Positions 41,281-52,425 of a DNA stretch of 64,000 nt are shown here, one piece after another; position 1 is the stretch's first letter, and every line of letters starts with the position of its first letter. The translations under genes were made by a program, and so were the position numbers. The notes under the pieces are model-generated. The model searched no databases. It saw nothing but the letters and a program-made list of their open reading frames with translations, and was not told where the DNA came from. The stretch lies in assembly GCF_053078305.1 (NCBI RefSeq), contig NZ_CP166879.1; one strand, given 5' to 3'.

Positions 41281-41994
41281 ATGCGACACATTTTTCAACG
41301 ATTATTGCCCCGACGGCTGTGGCTGGCAGGGCTGCCATGTCTGGCATTGCTGGGTTGCGTGCAGAGTCACAATAAGCCAGCCATTGATACGCCAGCAGAA
41401 GAAAAAATTCCGGTTTATCAACTGGCTGACTATCTTTCTACTGAATGTAGCGACATCTGGGCGCTGCAAGGTAAATCAACTGAAACCAATCCGCTTTACT
41501 GGCTGCGGGCGATGGATTGTGCTGATCGTTTAATGCCTGCGCAGTCGCGTCAGCAAGCCCGCCAATATGACGACGGCAGCTGGCAAAATACCTTTAAACA
41601 AGGGATTTTGCTCGCCGACGCCAAAATTACGCCGTATGAGCGCCGCCAGCTGGTCGCGCGCATTGATGCGTTAAGTACCGAGATCCCGGCACAGGTTCGC
41701 CCACTGTATCAACTCTGGCGCGACGGTCAGGCGCTGCAACTGCAACTGGCGGAAGAGCGCCAACGCTACGGCAAACTCCAGCAGTCCAGTGACAGCGAGC
41801 TGGATACTTTGCGCCAGCAACATCACGTTCTACAACAGCAGCTGGAACTCACCACCCGCAAGCTGGAAAACCTGACCGATATTGAACGCCAGCTCTCGAC
41901 CCGCAAACCGGCTGGAAATTTCTCGCCGGATACGCCGCACGAGGGTGAAAAGCCCGCGCCATCCACCCATGAGGTCACTCCTGATGAGCCATAA
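41281..41994 (+). CDS. qseG: Lipoprotein QseG
   Basis: 237 aa with lipobox LLGC; between glrK and glrR. Confidence 0.85.
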   Translation: MRHIFQRLLPRRLWLAGLPCLALLGCVQSHNKPAIDTPAEEKIPVYQLADYLSTECSDIWALQGKSTETNPLYWLRAMDCADRLMPAQSRQQARQYDDGSWQNTFKQGILLADAKITPYERRQLVARIDALSTEIPAQVRPLYQLWRDGQALQLQLAEERQRYGKLQQSSDSELDTLRQQHHVLQQQLELTTRKLENLTDIERQLSTRKPAGNFSPDTPHEGEKPAPSTHEVTPDEP

Positions 41995-43318
41995 ACCTGC
42001 GCATTTATTATTGGTCGATGACGATCCGGGATTGCTGAAACTGCTTGGCCTGCGCCTGACCAGCGAAGGCTACAGTGTGGTCACGGCGGAAAGTGGCGCT
42101 GAAGGATTACGGGTACTGAATCGCGAAAAAGTAGATTTAGTTATCAGCGACCTGCGGATGGATGAAATGGACGGTATGCAGCTGTTTGCTGAAATCCAGA
42201 AAGTGCAGCCGGGAATGCCGGTAATTATTCTTACCGCGCATGGTTCTATTCCCGATGCCGTTGCTGCAACACAGCAGGGCGTTTTTAGTTTCCTCACCAA
42301 GCCAGTCGATAAAGACGCGCTATATCAGGCAATTGATGATGCGCTGGAACAATCCGCGCCAGCCACCGACGAACGCTGGCGCGAGGCGATTGTCACCCGC
42401 AGCCCGCTGATGCTGCGTTTGCTGGAACAGGCGCGGCTGGTGGCGCAATCAGACGTCAGCGTTTTGATTAATGGCCAGAGCGGCACCGGGAAAGAGATTT
42501 TCGCCCAGGCTATCCACAACGCCAGCCCGCGCAATAGCAAACCATTTATTGCTATTAACTGTGGTGCATTGCCTGAGCAATTGCTGGAGTCGGAGCTGTT
42601 TGGTCATGCGCGTGGCGCGTTTACTGGCGCTGTCAGCAATCGCGAAGGTTTATTCCAGGCGGCGGAAGGCGGAACGCTATTTCTCGATGAGATTGGCGAT
42701 ATGCCTGCGCCGTTGCAGGTCAAACTGTTGCGCGTGTTGCAGGAGCGTAAAGTGCGCCCGCTGGGCAGTAACCGCGATATTGATATCAATGTACGGATTA
42801 TTTCTGCCACTCACCGTGATCTGCCAAAAGCGATGGCGCGCGGGGAATTCCGCGAAGACCTCTATTACCGCCTCAACGTTGTCAGCCTGAAAATTCCGGC
42901 ACTGGCGGAGCGCACAGAAGACATTCCGCTACTGGCAAATCACCTGTTGCGCCAGGCGGCAGAGCGACATAAACCGTTTGTCCGCGCGTTCTCTACCGAT
43001 GCGATGAAACGCCTGATGACCGCGAGCTGGCCGGGTAATGTGCGCCAGTTGGTCAACGTGATTGAACAGTGCGTGGCGCTGACCTCATCTCCGGTGATTA
43101 GTGATGCATTAGTAGAGCAGGCGCTGGAGGGCGAAAACACGGCGCTGCCAACCTTTGTTGAGGCACGTAATCAGTTTGAACTCAACTATTTGCGTAAGCT
43201 GCTGCAAATTACCAAAGGCAACGTCACCCATGCGGCGAGAATGGCGGGGCGCAACCGGACAGAATTTTATAAACTGCTTTCCCGACACGAGCTGGATGCA
43301 AACGATTTCAAGGAATGA
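41984..43318 (+). CDS. glrR: Sigma-54-dependent response regulator GlrR
   Basis: Receiver domain, AAA+ sigma-54 activator motifs; 444 aa from [14 protein letters not shown]. Confidence 0.9.
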   Translation: MSHKPAHLLLVDDDPGLLKLLGLRLTSEGYSVVTAESGAEGLRVLNREKVDLVISDLRMDEMDGMQLFAEIQKVQPGMPVIILTAHGSIPDAVAATQQGVFSFLTKPVDKDALYQAIDDALEQSAPATDERWREAIVTRSPLMLRLLEQARLVAQSDVSVLINGQSGTGKEIFAQAIHNASPRNSKPFIAINCGALPEQLLESELFGHARGAFTGAVSNREGLFQAAEGGTLFLDEIGDMPAPLQVKLLRVLQERKVRPLGSNRDIDINVRIISATHRDLPKAMARGEFREDLYYRLNVVSLKIPALAERTEDIPLLANHLLRQAAERHKPFVRAFSTDAMKRLMTASWPGNVRQLVNVIEQCVALTSSPVISDALVEQALEGENTALPTFVEARNQFELNYLRKLLQITKGNVTHAARMAGRNRTEFYKLLSRHELDANDFKE

Positions 43319-43342
43319 ATTGGCGTTATGTGTTACGTTTAG

Positions 43343-43717
<375 letters not shown>

Positions 43718-43729
43718 ACCGCGTCAAGG

Positions 43730-43755
43730 GTTGCCGGATGTTTCCATCCGGCAAC
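43730..43755. terminator. Bidirectional terminator hairpin between convergent glnB and hmp (GTTGCCGGATG-TTTC-CATCCGGCAAC)
   Basis: Perfect 11-bp stem read directly. Confidence 0.6.
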
Positions 43756-43761
43756 ATCAAA

Positions 43762-44952
43762 TCACAGCACCTTATGCGGGCCAAAGCATTCGTAATGAAT
43801 GTTTTCCTGCTTCACGCCCAGATCCACTAACTGTTTCGCGGCAAACTGCATGAAGCCAACCGGGCCGCAGAGATAGAACTGCATTGTCGGATCGCTGAAC
43901 GCACCTTCCAGTTTGCTCAAATCCATCAGACCTTCGCTATCAAACTGACCTTTAGCGCGATCGGCTTCGCTCGGCTGACGATACCAGGTGTGCGCGGTAA
44001 AGCGCGGCAGTGACTGCCCCAGTTCCTTAACTTCATCGGCAAAGGCGTGAACATCGCCATTTTCTGCCGCATGGAACCAGTTCACTTGTGCTGTGTGGCC
44101 TGCTTTTGCCAGCGTGTCGAGCATTGCCAGCATTGGCGTTTGACCAACACCGGCAGAGATTAACGTCACTGGTGTGTCATCTGCGACAGCCATAAAGAAA
44201 TCACCTGCCGGAGCGACCAGTTTCACGACATCGCCAACATTGGCGTGATTGTGCAACCAGTTGGATACCTGCCCACCCTCTTCGCGTTTCACCGCAATAC
44301 GATAGCCTTTGCCATCCGGTTTGCGAGTCAAAGAGTACTGACGAATTTCCTGATGCGGGAAACCTTCCGGCTTCAGCCAGACGCCGAGATATTGCCCCGG
44401 ACGGTATTCTGCCACTGCGCCACCGTCGACCGGCTCCAGTTCGAAGCTGGTGATAAGCGCGCTGCGCGGTGTTTTAGCCACAATGCGGAAATCGCGAGTA
44501 CCTTCCCAACCACCGGCTTTGCTGGCGTTTTCGTTATAGATTTCCGCCTCGCGATTGATAAATACATTAGCCAGTACACCATAGGCTTTACCCCACGCGT
44601 CCAGCACTTCCTGCCCCGGGCTGAACATTTCGTCCAGCGTTGCCAACAGGTGTTCACCGACGATGTTGTACTGTTCCGGTTTGATCTGGAAACTGGTGTG
44701 CTTCTGCGCGATTTTTTCTACCGCTGGCAGCAGCGCAGGCAGGTTTTCAATATTACTGGCGTAGGCGGCAATAGCGTTAAACAGGGCTTCACGTTGATCG
44801 CCATTACGCTGGTTACTCATGTTAAAAATTTCTTTGAGTTCTGGGTTATGAGTAAACATACGGTCGTAGAAATGGGCGGTTAACTTTGGCCCCGTTTCCA
44901 CCAGTAAAGGGATGGTGGCTTTTACTGTAGCGATGGTTTGAGCGTCAAGCAT
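43762..44952 (-). CDS. hmp: Flavohaemoglobin (nitric oxide dioxygenase)
   Basis: 396 aa from [17 protein letters not shown]; ORF track begins 21 nt upstream. Confidence 0.95.
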
Positions 44953-44968
44953 ATGGTCTTCCTTTTTT

Positions 44969-45001
44969 TGCATCTTAATTGATGTATCTCAAATGCATCT
45001 T
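44969..45001 (-). promoter_or_regulatory. NsrR operator in the hmp promoter (AAGATGCATTTGAGATACATC on the hmp strand)
   Basis: Match to recalled NsrR 11-1-11 inverted-repeat consensus, immediately upstream of hmp. Confidence 0.5.
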
Positions 45002-45279
45002 ATAAAAAATAGCCCTGCAATGTAAATGGTTCTTTGGTGTTTTTCAGAAAGAATGTGATGAAGTGAAAAATTTGCATCACAAACCTGAAAAGAAATCCGT
45101 TTCCGGTTGCAAGCTCTTTATTCTCCAAAGCCTTGCGTAGCCTGAAGGTAATCGTTTGCGTAAATTCCTTTGTCAAGACCTGTTATCGCACAATGATTCG
45201 GTTATACTGTTCGCCGTTGTCCAACAGGACCGCCTATAAAGGCCAAAAATTTTATTGTTAGCTGAGTCAGGAGATGCGG

Positions 45280-46533
45280 ATGTTAAAGCGTGAAATGAAC
45301 ATTGCCGATTATGATGCCGAACTGTGGCAGGCTATGGAGCAGGAAAAAGTACGTCAGGAAGAGCACATCGAACTGATCGCCTCCGAAAACTACACCAGCC
45401 CGCGCGTAATGCAGGCGCAGGGTTCTCAGCTGACCAACAAATATGCTGAAGGTTATCCGGGCAAACGCTACTACGGCGGTTGCGAGTATGTTGATATCGT
45501 TGAACAACTGGCGATCGATCGTGCGAAAGAACTGTTCGGCGCTGACTACGCTAACGTCCAGCCGCACTCCGGCTCCCAGGCTAACTTTGCGGTCTACACC
45601 GCGCTGCTGGAACCAGGTGATACCGTTCTGGGTATGAACCTGGCGCATGGCGGTCACCTGACTCACGGTTCTCCGGTTAACTTCTCCGGTAAACTGTACA
45701 ACATCGTTCCTTACGGTATTGATGCTACCGGTCATATCGACTACGCCGATCTGGAAAAACAAGCCAAAGAACACAAACCGAAAATGATTATCGGTGGCTT
45801 CTCTGCATATTCCGGCGTGGTGGACTGGGCGAAAATGCGTGAAATCGCTGACAGCATCGGCGCTTACCTGTTCGTTGATATGGCGCACGTTGCGGGCCTG
45901 GTTGCTGCTGGCGTCTACCCGAACCCGGTTCCTCATGCTCACGTTGTTACTACCACCACTCACAAAACCCTGGCGGGTCCGCGCGGCGGCCTGATCCTGG
46001 CGAAAGGTGGTAGCGAAGAGCTGTACAAAAAACTGAACTCTGCCGTTTTCCCTGGTGGTCAGGGCGGTCCGTTGATGCACGTAATCGCCGGTAAAGCGGT
46101 TGCTCTGAAAGAAGCGATGGAGCCTGAGTTCAAAACTTACCAGCAGCAGGTCGCTAAAAACGCTAAAGCGATGGTAGAAGTGTTCCTGGAACGCGGCTAC
46201 AAAGTGGTTTCCGGCGGTACTGATAACCATCTGTTCCTGGTTGATCTGGTCGATAAAAACCTGACCGGTAAAGAAGCAGACGCCGCTCTGGGCCGTGCTA
46301 ACATCACCGTCAACAAAAACAGCGTACCGAACGATCCGAAGAGCCCGTTTGTGACCTCCGGTATTCGCGTGGGTACTCCGGCAATTACGCGTCGCGGCTT
46401 CAAAGAAGCAGAAGCGAAAGAACTGGCTGGCTGGATGTGTGACGTGCTGGACAGCATCAATGATGAAGCCGTTATCGAGCGCATCAAAGGTAAAGTTCTC
46501 GACATCTGCGCACGTTACCCGGTTTACGCATAA
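45280..46533 (+). CDS. glyA: Serine hydroxymethyltransferase
   Basis: 417 aa from [17 protein letters not shown]. Confidence 0.95.
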
Positions 46534-46564
46534 GCGAAACGGTGATTTGCTGACAATGTGCCCG

Positions 46565-46671
46565 TTGTTCATGTTGGATGCGACATGAACACCTTCTCAG
46601 GCCTACAAAATCTTGCAAATTCAATATATTGCAATCTCCGTGTAGGCCTGATAAGCGTAGCGCATCAGGCA
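46565..46671. repeat. REP/BIME-type extragenic palindromic repeats (AGGCCTACA ... TGTAGGCCTGATAAGCGTAGCGCATCAGGC)
   Basis: Inverted palindromic units read directly in the glyA-yphH spacer. Confidence 0.5.
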
Positions 46672-46691
46672 ATTTTTCGCTTATGATCATC

Positions 46692-46713
46692 AAGGCTTCC
46701 TTCGGGAAGCCTT
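46692..46713. other. Stable hairpin (AAGGCTTCC-TTCG-GGAAGCCTT) between glyA and yphH; possible terminator or transcript stabiliser
   Basis: Perfect 9-bp stem with UUCG loop; no clear U-tract. Confidence 0.4.
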
Positions 46714-46730
46714 TCTACGTTATCGTGCCA

Positions 46731-47924
46731 TCAAATCTGTCGTAACTGCGCCTCAACATACAAATAGCCAATTCCCAGCACCTGTTGTGCGCGGCTTAAT
46801 TGCCCGAAGCCAATTTGCGTCGCTTTCACGCTCGGTCCTTCGTCGCGGTCGAACGGGTTAAATCCTGTCTGGCGAATAATAGTATTAAGCCAGTTCTCAC
46901 CAAAGGCACAACTGCGACCGTACAACCAAATCTGATTAATATTGAGGATGTTGAGGAAGTTATACAGACTCAAACCAATGGCATTGGCAGAGCGATCAAC
47001 CCAGCTGGTGATCCACGGTTCTCCACTTTGCCAGGCAGCGATTAACTGCGCTGTAGTCAGTTTTTCAGGATCAAGCTGAGTATTAACCGGTTGTGATTTT
47101 AGCCATACCCGCGCCTGTTTTTTTAATGCGCTTAACGAGGCGACGGTTTCCAGGCAGCCGTAACGTCCACAGTCGCAGACGACGCCATCCGGATTAACGA
47201 TGGTGTGACCAATCTGTCCGCTACCATACAAACTGCCGCGATAAATTTGCTCGTTAATCACGAACGACGAGCCAATGCCGTAATCAACGTTGATCACGCA
47301 GAAATCCCGTTCCTGCGAATTATTTTGCCATTTTTCCGCCAGCGCCAGCATCACGCAGTCATTATCGACCATCACCCGAATGCCGAGCTTCTCTTCCAGC
47401 AGATACTTCACCTCAACCGGCGTTGTCCAGGGCGCTTGCGGCATGGTTTGCGACACTCCGGTCACAGGATCAACCTGACCGTGGATTGCCAGCGCCAGAT
47501 TGATGGTGCGGTCCGGCCACAATTTACGGTGGCGATGCCAGCATTTTTCGATTTCGGACAGCAGCGCCTGCGGCGTCGGTGCATCAATCTGTAAATACTC
47601 AAATTCACCTTTCGGACTTAAACAAGCATTAGCAACCTGACACTCAATACTGGTGGGCGTCACGTTCAGACACAGCGTCCAGTCACCCTCCGGCGCAATC
47701 AGCCATGTACCGCTACTATGCCCGCGCGTCTGGCTTTCATCGTCGATATTCACCACCCGTTTTTCGCTTTCCAGTTCCTGCAAAATATTACTGACTGCCG
47801 GAATCGAAATTTGCGCCAGCCGGGCCAGCGTTGATTTATTGGCGCGCTTTTGCCGGTACAGCAGTTCCAGAATCACGCATTTGTTATGGTGGCGAATCTG
47901 TTGATTGTTAATGCAGGCTCTCAT
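46731..47924 (-). CDS. yphH: ROK-family (NagC-like) transcriptional regulator YphH
   Basis: 397 aa from ATG 47924; K-12 gene order. Confidence 0.85.
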   Translation of the reverse strand: MRACINNQQIRHHNKCVILELLYRQKRANKSTLARLAQISIPAVSNILQELESEKRVVNIDDESQTRGHSSGTWLIAPEGDWTLCLNVTPTSIECQVANACLSPKGEFEYLQIDAPTPQALLSEIEKCWHRHRKLWPDRTINLALAIHGQVDPVTGVSQTMPQAPWTTPVEVKYLLEEKLGIRVMVDNDCVMLALAEKWQNNSQERDFCVINVDYGIGSSFVINEQIYRGSLYGSGQIGHTIVNPDGVVCDCGRYGCLETVASLSALKKQARVWLKSQPVNTQLDPEKLTTAQLIAAWQSGEPWITSWVDRSANAIGLSLYNFLNILNINQIWLYGRSCAFGENWLNTIIRQTGFNPFDRDEGPSVKATQIGFGQLSRAQQVLGIGYLYVEAQLRQI

Positions 47925-48041
47925 CTTCACTAAACCTTGTTTAGTTAATTGCGTGATTATTCCGCGAAAACATTGCCAGATTGTTCAATACACTGCCACA
48001 AATCTTTTAATTCAGTATGTCTTGTTAATATTGAGGGCACC

Positions 48042-51000
48042 ATGACTCCAGTAAAAGTGTGGCAAGAGCGCGTTGAGATCCCGACCTATGAAACCGGGCC
48101 GCAGGATATACATCCCATGTTCCTCGAAAATCGCGTTTATCAGGGATCGTCCGGCGCGGTTTATCCCTACGGCGTGACCGATACGCTGAGCGAGCAGAAA
48201 ACCCTGAAATCCTGGCAGGCGGTGTGGCTGGAAAACGACTACATCAAAGTGATGATCCTGCCGGAATTGGGCGGTCGGGTGCATCGCGCATGGGATAAAG
48301 TGAAACAGCGCGATTTTGTCTATCACAATGAAGTCATTAAACCTGCGCTGGTGGGGCTGCTGGGACCGTGGATCTCCGGCGGGATTGAGTTTAACTGGCC
48401 GCAACACCATCGCCCGACCACCTTTATGCCCGTTGATTTCACCCTCGAAGCCCATGAAGACGGCGCACAGACGGTGTGGGTAGGCGAAACGGAGCCGATG
48501 CATGGTTTACAGGTGATGACAGGTTTCACCCTGCGCCCTGACCGGGCGGCGCTGGAAATCGCCAGCCGCGTCTATAACGGCAACGCCACGCCGCGTCATT
48601 TCTTGTGGTGGGCCAACCCGGCAGTGAAAGGGGGGGAAGGGCATCAGAGCGTCTTTCCGCCGGATGTAACGGCGGTGTTTGATCACGGCAAACGGGCCGT
48701 CTCCGCTTTCCCTATCGCCACCGGCACTTACTACAAAGTGGACTACTCCGCTGGAGTGGACATTTCTCGCTATAAAAATGTGCCCGTTCCAACCTCATAT
48801 ATGGCTGAAAAATCACAGTACGATTTTGTCGGCGCGTGGTGTCACGATGAAGATGGCGGTTTGCTACACGTTGCCAACCACCATATTGCGCCAGGTAAAA
48901 AGCAGTGGAGCTGGGGACACAGTGAATTTGGCCAGGCGTGGGATAAGAGCCTAACTGATAATAACGGCCCGTATATCGAACTGATGACCGGTATTTTTGC
49001 CGATAACCAGCCCGATTTTACCTGGCTTGATGCTTACGAAGAGAAGCGTTTCGAGCAGTATTTCCTGCCTTATCATTCTTTGGGCATGGTGCAAAATGCC
49101 TCCCGCGATGCGGTGATAAAACTCCAGCGTAGTGAGCGGGGGATTGAGTGGGGGCTGTATGCCATCTCTCCGTTGAACGGATACCGCCTGGCGATCCGCG
49201 AAATCGGCAAATGCAACGCGTTACTTGATGATGCCGTGGCACTGATGCCTGCGACCGCTATCCAGGGCGTGTTGCACGGTATCAATCCTGAAAGGCTGAC
49301 CATTGAGCTCTCCGATGCCGACGGCAATATTGTACTGAGTTATCAGGAACATCAGCCGCAAGAGTTGCCGTTGCCGGACGTCGCCAAAGCGCCACTGGCA
49401 GCACAAGACATTACCAGTACAGATGAAGCCTGGTTTATCGGTCAGCATCTGGAGCAATATCATCACGCCAGCCGTTCACCGTTCGATTACTACCTGCGCG
49501 GCGTGGCGCTGGATCCGCTGGATTACCGCTGTAATCTGGCGCTGGCGATGCTGGAGTATAACCGCGCAGATTTCCCGCAAGCGGTGGCGTATGCCACTCA
49601 GGCTCTGAAACGCGCACATGCGCTGAACAAAAATCCGCAGTGCGGACAGGCGAGTTTGATTCGCGCCAGTGCTTACGAACGTCAGGGACAATATCAACAA
49701 GCCGAAGAGGATTTCTGGCGTGCGGTCTGGAGCGGCAACAGTAAAGCCGGAGGCTATTATGGTCTGGCACGACTGGCGGCGCGTAATGGTAACTTCGACG
49801 CGGGTCTGGATTTTTGCCAACAAAGTCTTCGCGCCAGCCCAACCAATCAGGAAGTGCTTTGCCTGCATAATCTGCTGCTGGTGTTAAGTGGTCGTCAGGA
49901 CAACGCGCGTTTGCAGCGCGAGAAACTGCTGCGCGATTATCCGCTGAACGCCACTCTGTGGTGGCTGAACTGGTTCGATGGTCGTAGCGAATCAGCTCTC
50001 GCGCAGTGGCGCGGTCTGTGTCAGGGACGCGACGTTAACGCCCTGATGACCGCCGGGCAACTGATTAACTGGGGAATGCCCACCCTGGCGGCAGAGATGC
50101 TGAACGCACTGGACTGCCAGCGCACGCTGCCGCTTTACCTGCAAGCCAGCTTGCTGCCGAAAGCCGAACGTGGCGAACTGGTCGCAAAAGCCATTGATGT
50201 CTTCCCGCAGTTTGTCCGTTTCCCGAATACGCTGGAAGAAGTGGCGGCGCTGGAGAGTATTGAAGAGTGCTGGTTTGCTCGCCATTTACTGGCCTGCTTC
50301 TACTACAACAAACGTAGCTACAACAAAGCCATTGCCTTATGGCAACGTTGCGTAGAGATGTCGCCGGAGTTTGCCGACGGCTGGCGCGGGTTAGCGATCC
50401 ATGCGTGGAATAAGCAACACGATTATGAGCTGGCCGCGCGTTATCTTGATAATGCTTATCAGCTTGCGCCGCAGGATGCACGTCTGCTTTTCGAACGGGA
50501 TTTGCTTGATAAGTTAAGTGGAGCCACACCGGAGAAACGACTGGCGCGTCTGGAAAATAATCTGGAAATTGCGCTGAAACGCGACGACATGACCGCAGAA
50601 CTGCTCAATTTGTGGCATCTCACGGGGCAGGCAGACAAAGCGGCGGACATTCTCGCCACGCGCAAATTCCACCCGTGGGAAGGCGGGGAAGGGAAGGTCA
50701 CCAGTCAGTTTATCCTCAACCAGTTATTACGCGCCTGGCAGCATCTTGATGCCAGACAGCCGCAGCAGGCCAGCGAACTGCTTCATGCCGCGCTGCATTA
50801 TCCGGAGAATTTAAGCGAAGGCCGTTTACCGGGGCAAACTGATAACGACATCTGGTTCTGGCAGGCGATATGCGCCAACGCGCAGGGCGATGAAACTGAA
50901 GCGACGCGTTGTTTACGTCTGGCGGCGACCGGCGATCGCACCATTAACATCCACAGTTATTACAACGATCAGCCGGTTGATTATCTCTTCTGGCAAGGAA

Positions 51001-51323
51001 TGGCGCTACGACTGCTGGGCGAACAACACACCGCACAGCAACTGTTTAGTGAAATGAAACAGTGGGCGCAAGAGATGGCGAAAACCAGTATTGAGGCGGA
51101 TTTCTTTGCTGTTTCACAACCTGATCTGTTGTCGCTGTATGGCGATTTACAACAGCAGCATAAAGAAAAATGCCTGATGGTGGCGATGCTGGCGTCCGCG
51201 GGACTCGGGGAGGTTGCGCAATATGAGTCTGCTCGCGCTGAATTGACGGCGATTAATCCGGCCTGGCCGAAAGCGGCATTATTCACCACTGTGATGCCTT
51301 TTATTTTTAACTACGTTCGCTAA
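48042..51323 (+). CDS. yphG: Large TPR-repeat protein YphG
   Basis: ATG 48042 with SD GAGGG; upstream TTG at 47949 would give the 1124-aa form in the ORF track. Confidence 0.8.
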   Translation: MTPVKVWQERVEIPTYETGPQDIHPMFLENRVYQGSSGAVYPYGVTDTLSEQKTLKSWQAVWLENDYIKVMILPELGGRVHRAWDKVKQRDFVYHNEVIKPALVGLLGPWISGGIEFNWPQHHRPTTFMPVDFTLEAHEDGAQTVWVGETEPMHGLQVMTGFTLRPDRAALEIASRVYNGNATPRHFLWWANPAVKGGEGHQSVFPPDVTAVFDHGKRAVSAFPIATGTYYKVDYSAGVDISRYKNVPVPTSYMAEKSQYDFVGAWCHDEDGGLLHVANHHIAPGKKQWSWGHSEFGQAWDKSLTDNNGPYIELMTGIFADNQPDFTWLDAYEEKRFEQYFLPYHSLGMVQNASRDAVIKLQRSERGIEWGLYAISPLNGYRLAIREIGKCNALLDDAVALMPATAIQGVLHGINPERLTIELSDADGNIVLSYQEHQPQELPLPDVAKAPLAAQDITSTDEAWFIGQHLEQYHHASRSPFDYYLRGVALDPLDYRCNLALAMLEYNRADFPQAVAYATQALKRAHALNKNPQCGQASLIRASAYERQGQYQQAEEDFWRAVWSGNSKAGGYYGLARLAARNGNFDAGLDFCQQSLRASPTNQEVLCLHNLLLVLSGRQDNARLQREKLLRDYPLNATLWWLNWFDGRSESALAQWRGLCQGRDVNALMTAGQLINWGMPTLAAEMLNALDCQRTLPLYLQASLLPKAERGELVAKAIDVFPQFVRFPNTLEEVAALESIEECWFARHLLACFYYNKRSYNKAIALWQRCVEMSPEFADGWRGLAIHAWNKQHDYELAARYLDNAYQLAPQDARLLFERDLLDKLSGATPEKRLARLENNLEIALKRDDMTAELLNLWHLTGQADKAADILATRKFHPWEGGEGKVTSQFILNQLLRAWQHLDARQPQQASELLHAALHYPENLSEGRLPGQTDNDIWFWQAICANAQGDETEATRCLRLAATGDRTINIHSYYNDQPVDYLFWQGMALRLLGEQHTAQQLFSEMKQWAQEMAKTSIEADFFAVSQPDLLSLYGDLQQQHKEKCLMVAMLASAGLGEVAQYESARAELTAINPAWPKAALFTTVMPFIFNYVR

Positions 51324-51419
51324 ACCCTATTAACTGTAATATTTGAGCGGCACGTGCTGCCGCTCATCACAAAATAATTAGAATAAGCCGTTGTTAATAA
51401 AAACCCTACAGGAGGCTCT

Positions 51420-52403
51420 ATGCCTAAAAAAATGAGAACAACCCGTAATCTATTATTAATGGCTACGCTATTAGGTAGCGCACTATTTGCCAGAGCTGCG
51501 GATAAAGAAATGACCATTGGCGCAATATACCTTGATACTCAGGGATATTACGCTGGAGTGCGTCAGGGCGTTCAGGATGCGGCAAAAGATTCTTCAGTAC
51601 AGGTACAGTTAATTGAAACTAACGCCCAGGGTGATATTTCGAAAGAAAGTACCTTTGTTGATACCCTCGTGGCGCGTAATGTCGATGCTATTATTTTATC
51701 GGCAGTGTCTGAAAATGGCAGTAGCCGTACCGTTCGTCGCGCCAGTGAAGCGGGTATTCCGGTGATTTGCTACAACACCTGTATTAATCAAAAGGGGGTC
51801 GATAAATATGTCTCGGCGTATCTGGTCGGCGATCCGCTGGAATTTGGTAAAAAACTGGGTAACGCTGCCGCCGATTATTTTATTGCCAATAAAATTGACC
51901 AGCCGAAAATTGCCGTCATCAATTGCGAAGCCTTTGAAGTTTGTGTGCAGCGACGTAAAGGATTTGAAGAAGTATTAAAATCCCGCGTTCCCGGCGCGCA
52001 AATTGTCGCTAATCAGGAAGGGACTGTTTTAGATAAAGCGATTTCCGTTGGTGAAAAACTGATTATCTCCACGCCGGATCTCAACGCCATTATGGGGGAA
52101 TCGGGCGGTGCGACACTCGGCGCGGTAAAAGCGGTACGTAATCAAAATCAGGCCGGAAAAATTGCTGTTTTCGGTTCGGATATGACAACCGAAATTGCTC
52201 AGGAGCTGGAAAACAATCAGGTGCTGAAAGCGGTAGTGGATATTTCCGGTAAGAAAATGGGCAATGCTGTTTTCGCGCAAACATTGAAGGTTATCAATAA
52301 ACAAGCCGACGGTGAAAAAGTGATTCAGGTGCCAATCGATCTCTATACCAAAACGGAAGACGGTAAACAGTGGCTGGCAACGCACGTTGATGGTCTGCCC
52401 TAA
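51420..52403 (+). CDS. yphF: ABC sugar transporter periplasmic binding protein YphF
   Basis: 327 aa with signal peptide; K-12 gene order. Confidence 0.85.
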   Translation: MPKKMRTTRNLLLMATLLGSALFARAADKEMTIGAIYLDTQGYYAGVRQGVQDAAKDSSVQVQLIETNAQGDISKESTFVDTLVARNVDAIILSAVSENGSSRTVRRASEAGIPVICYNTCINQKGVDKYVSAYLVGDPLEFGKKLGNAAADYFIANKIDQPKIAVINCEAFEVCVQRRKGFEEVLKSRVPGAQIVANQEGTVLDKAISVGEKLIISTPDLNAIMGESGGATLGAVKAVRNQNQAGKIAVFGSDMTTEIAQELENNQVLKAVVDISGKKMGNAVFAQTLKVINKQADGEKVIQVPIDLYTKTEDGKQWLATHVDGLP

Positions 52404-52425
52404 TCGCTGATTCGCAGAGGTCCCT

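Noticed and set aside
45283-46572. 429-aa minus-strand ORF spanning glyA
   Set aside because: Exactly antisense to glyA, a highly conserved gene with unambiguous frame; no independent start signals.
47949-48041. Upstream TTG start for yphG (1124-aa form) and other extended starts in the ORF track (hmp, glyA, yfhH, tadA, hcaR, yphA, yphC, yphD)
   Set aside because: Extended forms begin at non-ATG codons or upstream ATGs without Shine-Dalgarno; downstream ATGs with good SD match recalled K-12 protein lengths.
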